A DNA stretch of 64,000 bases from Thermotogota bacterium. GTDB taxonomy: Bacteria > Hydrothermota > Hydrothermia > LBFQ01. The stretch covers positions 3,141 through 67,140 of the forward strand of contig JAADCS010000168.1 of NCBI GenBank assembly GCA_013154295.1, read 5' to 3'. The position numbers were made by a program, and so were the translations under genes. The notes under the pieces are model-generated. The model ran no database searches, had not been told where the DNA came from, and saw only the letters and a list, made by a program, of their open reading frames with translations. Position 1 is the stretch's first letter. Every line of letters begins with the position of its first letter. This document shows positions 1-9,857 of the stretch, in pieces.

Positions 1-609
1 GGTTATGGAGTTATACTCGGCGGTCTATCCAGCGGAAGTAAGTACTCCGTCTTGGGTGGCTTAAGATCAACCTCCCAGATAATCTCCTATGAGATACCCA
101 TGTTCATAGCCGCCTTAGGTCCAGCCCTAATGGCGGGGTCACTCTCACTGGTAGATATAGTCGAAGCCCAAAGGGCGATGTGGTTCGCCATCCCGCAGTT
201 CATAGGCTTCGTCGTTTTTCTTATAACCACCTATGCCGAAACCAACCGGCTACCCTTCGATCTGCCGGAGGCGGAGTCGGAGTTAGTGGGTGGCTATCAC
301 ACAGAGTTCTCCTCTTTGAGATTCGCCTGGTTCTTCGCCGGAGAATATGCCAATATGGTCATAGCCTCATCCGCCATAGCCGTTCTCTTCATGGGAGGGT
401 GGTACGGACCCTTGCCGGGTATAAACCTCTTTCCAGGCGTGCATTGGATGCTTCTGAAAGTAGCCTTCTTTCTCTTCCTATTCGTGTGGATAAGATGGAC
501 ACTGCCCCGCTTGAGATTCGACCAGCTAATGACCTTCTCCTGGAAGGTTCTACTACCCCTATCTCTTTTGAACTTGTTCATAGCCCTGGCCATAAGGGTA
601 ATTTGGTAG
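1..609 (+). CDS. nuoH: NADH-quinone oxidoreductase subunit H, C-terminal part (5' end outside window)
   Basis: Frame open from nt 1 (GYGVILGGLSSGSKYSVLGGLRSTSQIISYEIP...). The polytopic C-terminus is typical of NuoH/ND1. Stop TAG 607-609. Confidence 0.9.
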   Translation, partial: GYGVILGGLSSGSKYSVLGGLRSTSQIISYEIPMFIAALGPALMAGSLSLVDIVEAQRAMWFAIPQFIGFVVFLITTYAETNRLPFDLPEAESELVGGYHTEFSSLRFAWFFAGEYANMVIASSAIAVLFMGGWYGPLPGINLFPGVHWMLLKVAFFLFLFVWIRWTLPRLRFDQLMTFSWKVLLPLSLLNLFIALAIRVIW

Positions 610-965
610 CTGGTATCGGCATAGACGTAGTGGAGGTGGAGGATTTTGCCTATAGGGTGAGGAGGACACCGAAACTTTTGGAACGAATATTCTCATCTAA
701 GGAATTGAAACTCTCCCACTCCATGGAGAGTTTGGCTGGTAGGTTTGCTGCTAAAGAGGCCGTTCTGAAAGCTTTGGGTAAAGGCTTGAAGGGAGGTATA
801 AGATGGCGGGATGTCGAAATATTAGGCGGCATCACCTCACCTCCGGAGGTTGTACTTAAAGGTAAAGCGGCGGTATATGGTAGAGGTTTAAAGTTCCATC
901 TCTCCATCTCGCACAGTAAGGGTGTAGCCGTGGCCGTATGTGTGGCAACCTATTCAAATACTTAA
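603..965 (+). CDS. acpS: holo-[acyl-carrier-protein] synthase
   Basis: (L)VAGIGIDVVEVEDF...RFAAKEAVLKALG...SISHSKGVAVAVCV, about 120 aa. TTG 603 overlaps the nuoH stop. The 180-602 part of the track ORF is only an out-of-frame overlap of nuoH. Confidence 0.85.
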   Translation: MVAGIGIDVVEVEDFAYRVRRTPKLLERIFSSKELKLSHSMESLAGRFAAKEAVLKALGKGLKGGIRWRDVEILGGITSPPEVVLKGKAAVYGRGLKFHLSISHSKGVAVAVCVATYSNT

Positions 966-1381
966 AGAGTCTCTTTGAGCCGTCCCCCCAAGAATTGAAA
1001 GGTGCTTTTATAATTTTAATCATGGCTCTTTTAGGTTTAGCCTACTCCATCTATAAGGATCTTTCAACCTCTCCGAAGGTGTTTAAAACCTACGAGGCCG
1101 AAAGAATCCCACCCCCTCAAGATCTCCCCGTAGATACAACATACTTCCTCTATGAGAGGAAACTCTACACCACTCGTAAAAGAAGACCTCGGAAGGTCAA
1201 CGTAAACAGAGCCGGCGTGAGGGAACTGGTGTCTCTACCGGGTGTAGGTCCTGTAATAGCACGTCGTATAGTTGAATATCGTAAAAAACACGGAGCCTTT
1301 AAAAAACCTGAAGATCTACTAAAAATCAAAGGTATCGGTCATAAAAAGCTCCAAAAAATGAAACCCTATATTCTCCTATGA
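938..1381 (+). CDS. ComEA-family helix-hairpin-helix DNA-binding protein with N-terminal TM anchor
   Basis: VNVNRAGVRELVSLPGVGPVIARRIVEYRKKHGAFKKPEDLLKIKGIGHKKL is a classic ComEA HhH pair. TM segment AFIILIMALLGLAYSIY. Confidence 0.75.
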   Translation: MCGNLFKYLKSLFEPSPQELKGAFIILIMALLGLAYSIYKDLSTSPKVFKTYEAERIPPPQDLPVDTTYFLYERKLYTTRKRRPRKVNVNRAGVRELVSLPGVGPVIARRIVEYRKKHGAFKKPEDLLKIKGIGHKKLQKMKPYILL

Positions 1382-1401
1382 GGGAGGGGGGAACCCCCCC
1401 C
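1382..1401. terminator. GC hairpin between convergent comEA-like and peroxiredoxin genes (bidirectional terminator candidate)
   Basis: GGGAGGGGGG-AA-CCCCCCCC directly after the comEA-like stop (1379-1381) and 8 nt before the peroxiredoxin stop (1409). Followed by TTGTATTCT on the + strand. Confidence 0.55.
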
Positions 1402-1408
1402 TTGTATT

Positions 1409-2053
1409 CTAAGCCTTTTTATGACAGAACCACCAGTCATAGCACTCATGTTCGCCCCTCTGGGCGGCCTCTAACCTCCTTTTAGCATCCTCCACACTCT
1501 TGGCCGGAGGAACTATGAGCCTATCACCTATGAGTTCGTTGTTAGGCCAGTTGGCGGGAACGGCCAGCTTCTTCTCATCAAATGTCTTGAGAGCTTTTAG
1601 AGCCCGTACGACCTCAGGGATATTACGGCCTATCTCCTGCGGGTAGTATATTATGGCTCGGATGATAGCGTTAGGATCCACCATGAAGACAGCTCGCACG
1701 GTGGTAGTATCCTTGTTGGGGTGTATGAGGCCGAGCTCCTTGGAGACGTCTAAGGTATGATCGGCGATTATAGGAAACTCTATCTTCACTCCCAGCTTCT
1801 TCTCTATCCATTCCACCCACTTTATATGGGAGAAGACCTGATCCACAGAAAGGCCTATAAGCTCGACGCCGAGCGCTCGGAACTCATCGTAGTGTTTCTG
1901 AAAAGATACGAACTCTGTGGTACAAACAGGCGTAAAGTCGGCCGGGTGACTGAAGAGAATGAACCATTTCCCCGCGAAGTGATCGGGGAGCTTGATCTTG
2001 CCATGAGTGGTTTCCACTTCTACCTCAGGAAACCTATCTCCTATCAGCTTCAT
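1409..2053 (-). CDS. peroxiredoxin (1-Cys / Prx6-like)
   Basis: [20 protein letters not shown] peroxidatic Cys motif. 214 aa. AAGGAGG SD 6 nt upstream of the ATG. Confidence 0.9.
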   Translation of the reverse strand: MKLIGDRFPEVEVETTHGKIKLPDHFAGKWFILFSHPADFTPVCTTEFVSFQKHYDEFRALGVELIGLSVDQVFSHIKWVEWIEKKLGVKIEFPIIADHTLDVSKELGLIHPNKDTTTVRAVFMVDPNAIIRAIIYYPQEIGRNIPEVVRALKALKTFDEKKLAVPANWPNNELIGDRLIVPPAKSVEDAKRRLEAAQRGEHECYDWWFCHKKA

Positions 2054-2092
2054 TCTTATACCTCCTTTTTAAAGAAGCCCCTTGAGGAAGCT

Positions 2093-2098
2093 ATTATA
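2093..2098 (-). promoter_or_regulatory. -10 box (leadered promoter of peroxiredoxin)
   Basis: The minus strand reads CCTTATAATAGC, the same 12-mer as at 26009-26020. It lies about 39 nt upstream of ATG 2053, and the leader contains AAGGAGG. Confidence 0.45.
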
Positions 2099-2109
2099 AG
2101 GATGAATCC

Positions 2110-2964
2110 CTACTTACGAGGTAGGGATTTATCTATAAGGCCGAAGAACACAGCAAGTACGACCACTACACCCAAGGCCACGGCATAGTATATGAGTTCC
2201 CTCCTTCCTCGCGTAATGCCAACGATGAAAGCTATCCTGTTGTTACTCTCCCACACTCTGATCTTTTCTCCTTCAAATTCATCTACTCCCCGATAGACCC
2301 CCACCTCTACCCTGACGGGTGTCAGGGTATCAGCCAAAAGCTTGTAGTTGCCTGCCCCTTCCCTCTCTATGGTGAATCCATCCTGCGTCACAAGATAGGA
2401 GAGGGCAAACGTACCTTCGCCGGGTAGGATGAGAGGCGTTAGAACGACCTCATCCCCCTGACGCAAAAGATCTTCTTCTCCAGTGGTAAGCGTGAGACCC
2501 GTGGCAGCCTTGGGAATCTTAAGACGGAGATAAGGACCCCTATAGGCATACTTACTGGCGTTCAACACTGAGAAAACCTCTACCACCCTGTAACCGCCTC
2601 TATCCCGTAGTATGCCTATGTTTTCGTAAAGCAACTTTAAGGATGTGGAGTCATCCTTAACGTCATACACGTAGAGATCCGCGGAAGTATCCTTACCCAC
2701 TACAAAAACGTTGGAAGGGAAAACTTCTCCCGCATAGAAGACGTTGAAACTCACTATGTGGAATGCCGGAGGTTCATAAAGAAGCGTGCCATTGGGTAGA
2801 ATGATTGTATCCACTACCAAAGAGGATCCGTTGGGAGCGAAAGTCAAAACTTCAACTTTCACCGTCTCTTGAACGTATTCATTTTGGGAGAGGTTGAATA
2901 CACGAAGACGTATAGGTTTAACTTCCAAACTATCCACCATCTGGGCGAAGAAAATCCAGAGCAT
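2110..2964 (-). CDS. hypothetical beta-rich protein with C-terminal TM anchor
   Basis: ORF of 284 aa. N-terminus MLWIFFAQ. C-terminal hydrophobic helix LIYYAVALGVVVVLAVFFGLI followed by KSLPRK. No family recognised. Confidence 0.5.
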   Translation of the reverse strand: MLWIFFAQMVDSLEVKPIRLRVFNLSQNEYVQETVKVEVLTFAPNGSSLVVDTIILPNGTLLYEPPAFHIVSFNVFYAGEVFPSNVFVVGKDTSADLYVYDVKDDSTSLKLLYENIGILRDRGGYRVVEVFSVLNASKYAYRGPYLRLKIPKAATGLTLTTGEEDLLRQGDEVVLTPLILPGEGTFALSYLVTQDGFTIEREGAGNYKLLADTLTPVRVEVGVYRGVDEFEGEKIRVWESNNRIAFIVGITRGRRELIYYAVALGVVVVLAVFFGLIDKSLPRK

Positions 2965-2967
2965 GCC

Positions 2968-3699
2968 CTATCTTAGGAGCCTTTTCACCTTTTCGAATAA
3001 GAGTTTAGCCACACCCACGTTTTCGACCTCGAACTCCCCTACCAACAACTCGTTATGTTCATACTCTCCCCACACCTTATATCCGCTCTTGAGTGTAAGG
3101 TGAAACCTATTTACACCTCCGTATCTGAGAAGGTGCAAGAGAACATCAGCATAATCCGGAGGCCATTTACCCTTCAGAACTTCTACGCTGTTCTTTGAGA
3201 GTTTGAACAGACTTACCAGGTCGGCAACGGGTATATCGCTCTCCTTTATAACGATCTCAAGAGGAAGATCCAAGGACGCATCCTCGGGAATGGAGGGTTC
3301 TACCGCCTCCGCTTCAGCTTCCGCAGATTTCGTTAGTTCAGGAGTTTCCCCTTCATCCTCCTCTATAGGAAAGATGCTCGCACTTTCCAACTCCTCATCC
3401 AACTTTTCCAAAAGATCCCTATGCTCCTGCGTTTCATCCTTCTCTCTACTTTCCAGCACCTTTTTGAGCTTCTCCTCTAAGGTTTCTATCTCCTCCGTGG
3501 TTCGTCTTTTCATGCGATTTATGACCTCTGGCAGTGTCCTCAAGAGACGATCCGCTACATCTATATCAAAGGGCGTATTCTCGTTTATGGAATCTATATC
3601 AACGCCCGACAGTTCTGCCCAGAGACGTATAGCCTCTGGGTCGTTACCCAGCTCCTCCTTACCCTGAAGTACTATCGTGTAAAGTTCAGACATGGACAA
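2968..3699 (-). CDS. hypothetical acidic protein
   Basis: 243 aa with an E/D-rich central linker. The C-terminal approx. 90 aa (DLVSLFKL...DVLLHLLRYGGVNRFHLTLKSGYKVWGEYEHNELLVGEF) faintly resembles DUF4388-type domains (low certainty). Overlaps the V-ATPase C gene by 14 nt. Confidence 0.5.
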   Translation of the reverse strand: MSMSELYTIVLQGKEELGNDPEAIRLWAELSGVDIDSINENTPFDIDVADRLLRTLPEVINRMKRRTTEEIETLEEKLKKVLESREKDETQEHRDLLEKLDEELESASIFPIEEDEGETPELTKSAEAEAEAVEPSIPEDASLDLPLEIVIKESDIPVADLVSLFKLSKNSVEVLKGKWPPDYADVLLHLLRYGGVNRFHLTLKSGYKVWGEYEHNELLVGEFEVENVGVAKLLFEKVKRLLR

Positions 3700-4669
3700 C
3701 CTCCTTTATCTTTTCCCGTGGAAGTCCGAAGGACTTGGCGTAAATTATAGTGCGTAACTTTATTACCTCCCTCTCCAGACGCCACAGGTACTCCATAACC
3801 GCATAGAAGCTAACAGGATCCACGGCGAAGCCCCTTTCAACCTCGTCGTAGAACCTCCTTTCAAAGATCTCATCTAACCTGGTAAGCGAAAACTCTCCCT
3901 CAAACCTCACGTAACGTCGCACCAAGGTTACCAGCTCCTCCGGATCCTCCATAAGCATAACCTGTTTTCTAATCTTAGGACTGATCTTCCCCCCCTCCAA
4001 CCAGTGGGAAGGCCTATTCCCGGAGAGAAGAGATATAAAGGCCATGCTTATGTTTTTGGAATCTATGGTGAAAGCGTAAAACTCCTTTATTAGGGGATGC
4101 ACCCTCAAGGTGAAGATTCTCTTGTAAAAGGAAGAGTAGAGATGATACTCAAAGGCCGCTAAATCACCATTCCTCAAGGAGAGTATAGCCTCCCTAGTTA
4201 TGCTAAATGGTAAGTTTTTAAAGGCTATCTTTGCCCTTTCAGCCACCGCCAAAGCGCTCTCCTCTGCAAGCAGTTCCTTCAAGCGAAGCTCATCCAGTAC
4301 CCCCGCTGGAAATAAGCTTCTTCTTATCTCCTCATCGGAGACGGAGTAGAACCTACCCCTGACCACCGTGATGAGGTTGTAAAGATCCCAGCGAGAAAGA
4401 AAGGTCTCCAAAGACAGCTTCTCCTTCTCTCCCTCCAAGAAGGAGAGCAACTTTCTTACCTCATCCGTAAAGGCACGATTGATAGCCACGATGTAAAGAT
4501 CCACTCCGGAATAGGACTTCAGTTGAGAGATGTATTTCCCATAGCGGGTATCCTTCAGGATGTTCTCGTAAGATGCGAGATCCTCCCTAAGAAGAACTTC
4601 AAACATCTCCGGCCCCAAAAGGCGCGCTCTACGACCTCTTACTCTTCCGTATACGTATTCCATAGCCAT
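3686..4669 (-). CDS. ntpC: V-type ATP synthase subunit C (eukaryotic d-type)
   Basis: EYVYGRVRGRRARLLGPEMFEVLL..., WDLYNLITVVRG, DPVSFYAVMEYLWRLEREVIKLRTIIYAKSFGLPREKIKE. The length and pattern match the A/V-ATPase subunit C family. Confidence 0.8.
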   Translation of the reverse strand: MAMEYVYGRVRGRRARLLGPEMFEVLLREDLASYENILKDTRYGKYISQLKSYSGVDLYIVAINRAFTDEVRKLLSFLEGEKEKLSLETFLSRWDLYNLITVVRGRFYSVSDEEIRRSLFPAGVLDELRLKELLAEESALAVAERAKIAFKNLPFSITREAILSLRNGDLAAFEYHLYSSFYKRIFTLRVHPLIKEFYAFTIDSKNISMAFISLLSGNRPSHWLEGGKISPKIRKQVMLMEDPEELVTLVRRYVRFEGEFSLTRLDEIFERRFYDEVERGFAVDPVSFYAVMEYLWRLEREVIKLRTIIYAKSFGLPREKIKEVVHV

Positions 4670-4671
4670 CG

Positions 4672-6132
<1,461 letters not shown>

Positions 6133-7095
6133 CTACTCTCTGAAACGCACCTCTATGCGTTCGTACTTAGCTCCCTGACCGAAGTAACCGCGCTTTATGT
6201 GGAGCTTCTCCGGATCTATAGGGGCATTTTTGAGAATGAGGGCTTTGATCACCTTGGAGCGATCCTCCCAGAGAAAGGTGCCTTTAGAATACACGTATAC
6301 ATCAACGGGCCCTTTACCTTTGTAGTAATCCTTTACGAAGTTGAGCATCTCAACGATGCGCTCCTCTCCGTCGGGCTGCAAGACGGCCCTTCCAGGCTGA
6401 AAGACGGCGTCTAAGCTTAGGAACACCATATGATCGCCCTTGTCAGTTTTAGTGAAGAACCCTACTATCTCCGGAAGCTCTCTAACCTCTTTGCGCCTGG
6501 CACCGCTACGTCTTCGGAGTATCACCCGGTAGGTAAACTTTTCACCCGGCTTTATGACTGGCTTACCCTTGTCCGAAAAGCCATCCCATTCAAGACGTTT
6601 CGGCAGGCCTCCACGACCTTCAAAGGTCTTCACCTTCAAGCCAGCGGAGTTATATATGATTATCTGCCACTCATCGGGTTTGGGGAACTTGCCCAACTCC
6701 AAAACTATCTTGTCGTGGATCATGACCGGATAGACAGGACGTTTTAGGAAGTTGTTGTAAAGCTTAACGACTTCCGCCAACTCCTTCTCAACGCCTGGAG
6801 GAAGACGCTTCTCTAGGCCTCTTTCGCGGCGCACTATGAAGCTATCCAAGGGTTCGAAGGGCCTTAACTGAACATCTACTATGGGTTTGACTGCATCGTC
6901 TATCTTATACTCGGCCTCGGCCACTATATCTTCGGTCGTATCAATCACCTCACCACCGGGGGCTGGTGCTTCGCTGCCTTCAGCAGGGGCCGCCTGTCCT
7001 CCTGCCGGGGCGGTTTGGCCCTCGGCAGGAGCCGCTTCCTGTGCCCAAAGGATCATCGGCCCTCCCAACAGGAGCAGAAGGATAAGTCTTCTCAT
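6133..7095 (-). CDS. secreted protein with FlgD-Ig-like domain and degenerate OmpA/Pal-like C-terminal region (tentative)
   Basis: Canonical signal peptide MRRLILLLLLGGPMILWAQ. AP(A/E)G low-complexity tract. WQIIIYNSAGLKVKTFEG...LEWDGFSDKGKPVIKPGEKFTYRV (FlgD_ig pattern). The C-terminus is OmpA_C-like in layout but lacks the PG-binding residues. Confidence 0.5.
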   Translation of the reverse strand: MRRLILLLLLGGPMILWAQEAAPAEGQTAPAGGQAAPAEGSEAPAPGGEVIDTTEDIVAEAEYKIDDAVKPIVDVQLRPFEPLDSFIVRRERGLEKRLPPGVEKELAEVVKLYNNFLKRPVYPVMIHDKIVLELGKFPKPDEWQIIIYNSAGLKVKTFEGRGGLPKRLEWDGFSDKGKPVIKPGEKFTYRVILRRRSGARRKEVRELPEIVGFFTKTDKGDHMVFLSLDAVFQPGRAVLQPDGEERIVEMLNFVKDYYKGKGPVDVYVYSKGTFLWEDRSKVIKALILKNAPIDPEKLHIKRGYFGQGAKYERIEVRFRE

Positions 7096-7106
7096 CTTTT
7101 ACCTCC

Positions 7107-8192
7107 TCATTGCAGTATGAACCTGAAGGTTATCCTACCGCTACAGCCATCGGGTACGTTGGGGGAGAATACCCATCCACGCACGGCGTTTAGGGCCGTA
7201 TTGTCCAAAATGGGATAACCGCTGGATTTCACCAGGTTGAGGCTCTTGATGGTTCCGTTGGAGTTGAGGATTACCTGCACCACCACGGTACCCTGCCACC
7301 CCTCACGACGGGCACGTCTTGGATAAGTGGGACGAGTTTTTTTGACTACTTTACCCCTTATGCACCCTTCCACTTGGATGGCACCTCCTCCTTTGACGTT
7401 TACGGGTTGGGTAGGTCCAGCTATCTGCTCGGCGGAAACCGCGGCCTTAGGTACAGCCACATCTACGTTGGAGACGGCTTCAGCTAAACCACCGCCACCA
7501 CCATCACCTAAGGATATACCACCCCCACCGCCTTCACCACCCAATCCCAAGCCACCAGCCAGGGAACCTTCAAAGCCGCTAGTACCCATGGAAACGGCAG
7601 GTACGGCCTCTTGGGCGAGTATGTCGGCGGTACTCACACCTTTGGAAGGCAGAGCAACCACCACATCAGCCGCTTCGGCGGATAGGGACTGATCCATATC
7701 GGCTATGTCTATCTTGGCAGCGGTCTCAAGGTTGGCATCCAGATCCACCTTCTGGACCTGAACCTGTTCGGGAAGCATCTGGGTGTTGGCTATTTGGACC
7801 TTCACGTTTTGAGGCACATCCACCTTAAGCTTTGGACCACCGATCTTTATGGTGGGACTTATACTCTTACTCAACTTGGCCTTCAGGTTTATCTTGTTGG
7901 GTTTACCCGGCTCCTTTTTGTCACCGGGCTTCTTTTCGTCCTTCTTAGCTTCCTGTTTCTTCTTCTGTAGGAGCTTCTTCAACTTGGGAGGAATTCTCTT
8001 CTTCTTTTTGAGTTTCTCTTCAAGCAACTGGATCTCACGCAACCGAGCCTCCTCAAAAGCCTCCGCTATCTGTTCCCTCATGGTATAGAACAGAACGGCC
8101 AAAACCGCCAACCCGAACCAGCCGAAAACAGCCAGCCTCTTCGCCGGCTTGTCCTCCTTATCCTCCGGCAACTTTACCGTTATCTTTGCCAT
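7107..8192 (-). CDS. TonB/TolA-like energy transducer
   Basis: N-terminal TM (FGWFGLAVLAVLFY). Lys-rich and Gly-rich linkers. C-terminal TonB_C motif YPRRARREGWQGTVVVQVILNSNGTIKSLNLVKSSGYPILDNTALNAVRGW. AGGAGGT SD. Confidence 0.8.
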   Translation of the reverse strand: MAKITVKLPEDKEDKPAKRLAVFGWFGLAVLAVLFYTMREQIAEAFEEARLREIQLLEEKLKKKKRIPPKLKKLLQKKKQEAKKDEKKPGDKKEPGKPNKINLKAKLSKSISPTIKIGGPKLKVDVPQNVKVQIANTQMLPEQVQVQKVDLDANLETAAKIDIADMDQSLSAEAADVVVALPSKGVSTADILAQEAVPAVSMGTSGFEGSLAGGLGLGGEGGGGGISLGDGGGGGLAEAVSNVDVAVPKAAVSAEQIAGPTQPVNVKGGGAIQVEGCIRGKVVKKTRPTYPRRARREGWQGTVVVQVILNSNGTIKSLNLVKSSGYPILDNTALNAVRGWVFSPNVPDGCSGRITFRFILQ

Positions 8193-8225
8193 ACTTACCT
8201 CCTATTATAAGGCTGTCGGGTGACA

Positions 8226-8681
8226 CTAGCCGGATCCCTTACGTTTGACCACAGCTAAGGCCACCCGCTTAGCCCCACCCTTTTTTACCGCGTCCAAAAC
8301 TTCCAACACCTTGCCCCACTGTATGGATTTGTCACCACGTATAACGGTCAGCTGTTGACCTTTGAGTTCGGGATCGTTGTTTTCCATAGCGTATTTTTCC
8401 TGTAGCTCCTTTATGCGTTGGGTGATACTCTGGAGATCGGGCATCTCGTGATCCTGGATGTACATCTTTCCCTCTTTGGTAATGCTTACAGGTATGCTCT
8501 GCTCTAACTCCACCTCTATTACGTTAGCTTTGGGTATATCCACCTTTATGGAGGTGTTGGTAAACAACGACTGGGCATCCATAATCAGCGTTGCTAGAGT
8601 TAGTATCATCACTCCTGCCATAGGAAATAGGAACTGACCCACATCCGGTGGATCTTTAGGTCTTGGTTTCTCCTTAGCCAT
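8226..8681 (-). CDS. exbD: ExbD/TolR biopolymer transport protein
   Basis: Single N-terminal TM plus a periplasmic domain, 151 aa, ExbD-like layout. AGGAGGT SD. Confidence 0.8.
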   Translation of the reverse strand: MAKEKPRPKDPPDVGQFLFPMAGVMILTLATLIMDAQSLFTNTSIKVDIPKANVIEVELEQSIPVSITKEGKMYIQDHEMPDLQSITQRIKELQEKYAMENNDPELKGQQLTVIRGDKSIQWGKVLEVLDAVKKGGAKRVALAVVKRKGSG

Positions 8682-8691
8682 CTCTTACCTC

Positions 8692-9135
8692 CTATTTACA
8701 TTTACTCTTTCTGCGCTTCATTATCAAGACGTCAGAGGCGCCCTTCTCTTTTAGCAGATCAATCATCTGTATAACGTTTTCGTAAATAACATCCTCATCA
8801 GCCGATAGGAGAGCCTGCTTCTTAACACTACGGGCCAGGAGCTTGGGAATTATCTCCGGCAAACGATTGGGATCGAAAAGATCCTCGTTGAGAAACACCG
8901 TACCGTCTGCACAGATGTGTATGTTGACTTTTATGTCGCTCTTCTTCTTCTTGGGCGTTACGACGTTTCTACGTTTGGTGGCCAACGAGCGGGAGACGAA
9001 GATTCCAGACTCCACGATGAAGGGGATGGTCAACATGAACATTATCAGGAGTGAGGTGGTCATATCGGAAAAGGGCCCCAAGTTGGGCATTGGGGCCCCC
9101 TTCATCTCCGGTTTCTTCTTCCTTCTGGCCATCAC
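8692..9135 (-). CDS. exbD: ExbD/TolR biopolymer transport protein (second paralogue)
   Basis: MMARRKKKPE...FSDMTTSLLIMFMLTIPF TM, 147 aa. Overlaps the exbB stop by 4 nt. Confidence 0.8.
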   Translation of the reverse strand: MMARRKKKPEMKGAPMPNLGPFSDMTTSLLIMFMLTIPFIVESGIFVSRSLATKRRNVVTPKKKKSDIKVNIHICADGTVFLNEDLFDPNRLPEIIPKLLARSVKKQALLSADEDVIYENVIQMIDLLKEKGASDVLIMKRRKSKCK

Positions 9136-9836
9136 TCGGAGTGTTGCAGTTGGCTTATCATTATCAACAGACGGCGGGCGGCAACATCGGTGGTGGCCAG
9201 GATACGTTCAGCTGTATTCGTCACGTAGTTATATACAGGGATGGTGATCATAGCTATGATTAGACCCCACCACGTGGTAACCAGGGCCGTGGATATACCT
9301 TTACCCACCACCTCGGCTCCACCGGTTCCACTTACGGCTATCTGGTGGAAGGCATCTATCAATCCATCTACGGTCCCGAACAGACCGAGCAGCGGTGCCA
9401 CAGCGATTATGGAACCTAAGGCGGGAGTGAAACGGAGCAACTTGAACCTTTCAAAGGTCATAACCGAATCCATCATATCGTATATCTGATCCAGAGGGAG
9501 GTGTATGTTCTCAAGACCGGCCTTGAGGGTGTTGTGCAAAGGATGATCGACACGGCTCAAATAGGCTATAGCACCGTCTATATCCCCGCTTTCCAGATAA
9601 GCTTGTATATCGGCCAGGACTTTGTTATGGTTGAAGGAGGCCTTGCGGTATATATACCAGAGTCTCTCACCGATGAGAACGATGGCAATGAAGAATGTGA
9701 AAAGTAGCAACACCATCGTGAGGTTGTCGAAGAAGCCCATGAAGGTGACTACGCCGTCGACCACGGCGTAGAGCCTGAACATGTTCAAGAGGTTGAATCC
9801 CTCCTGAACCGCCGGTAGCGCCATCAACATTTCCAT
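9132..9836 (-). CDS. exbB: MotA/TolQ/ExbB proton-channel protein
   Basis: LGSIIAVAPLLGLFGTVDGLIDAF...STALVTTWWGLIIAMITIPVYNY are signature TM2/TM3 motifs. AGGAGGAG SD. Confidence 0.9.
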   Translation of the reverse strand: MEMLMALPAVQEGFNLLNMFRLYAVVDGVVTFMGFFDNLTMVLLLFTFFIAIVLIGERLWYIYRKASFNHNKVLADIQAYLESGDIDGAIAYLSRVDHPLHNTLKAGLENIHLPLDQIYDMMDSVMTFERFKLLRFTPALGSIIAVAPLLGLFGTVDGLIDAFHQIAVSGTGGAEVVGKGISTALVTTWWGLIIAMITIPVYNYVTNTAERILATTDVAARRLLIMISQLQHSE

Positions 9837-9857
9837 ATCTTTCTCCTCCTTTTTTTC

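Noticed and set aside
180-602. The N-terminal 140 codons of track ORF 180..965.
   Set aside because: This part is an out-of-frame overlap with nuoH. Only the part from TTG 603 onward resembles AcpS.
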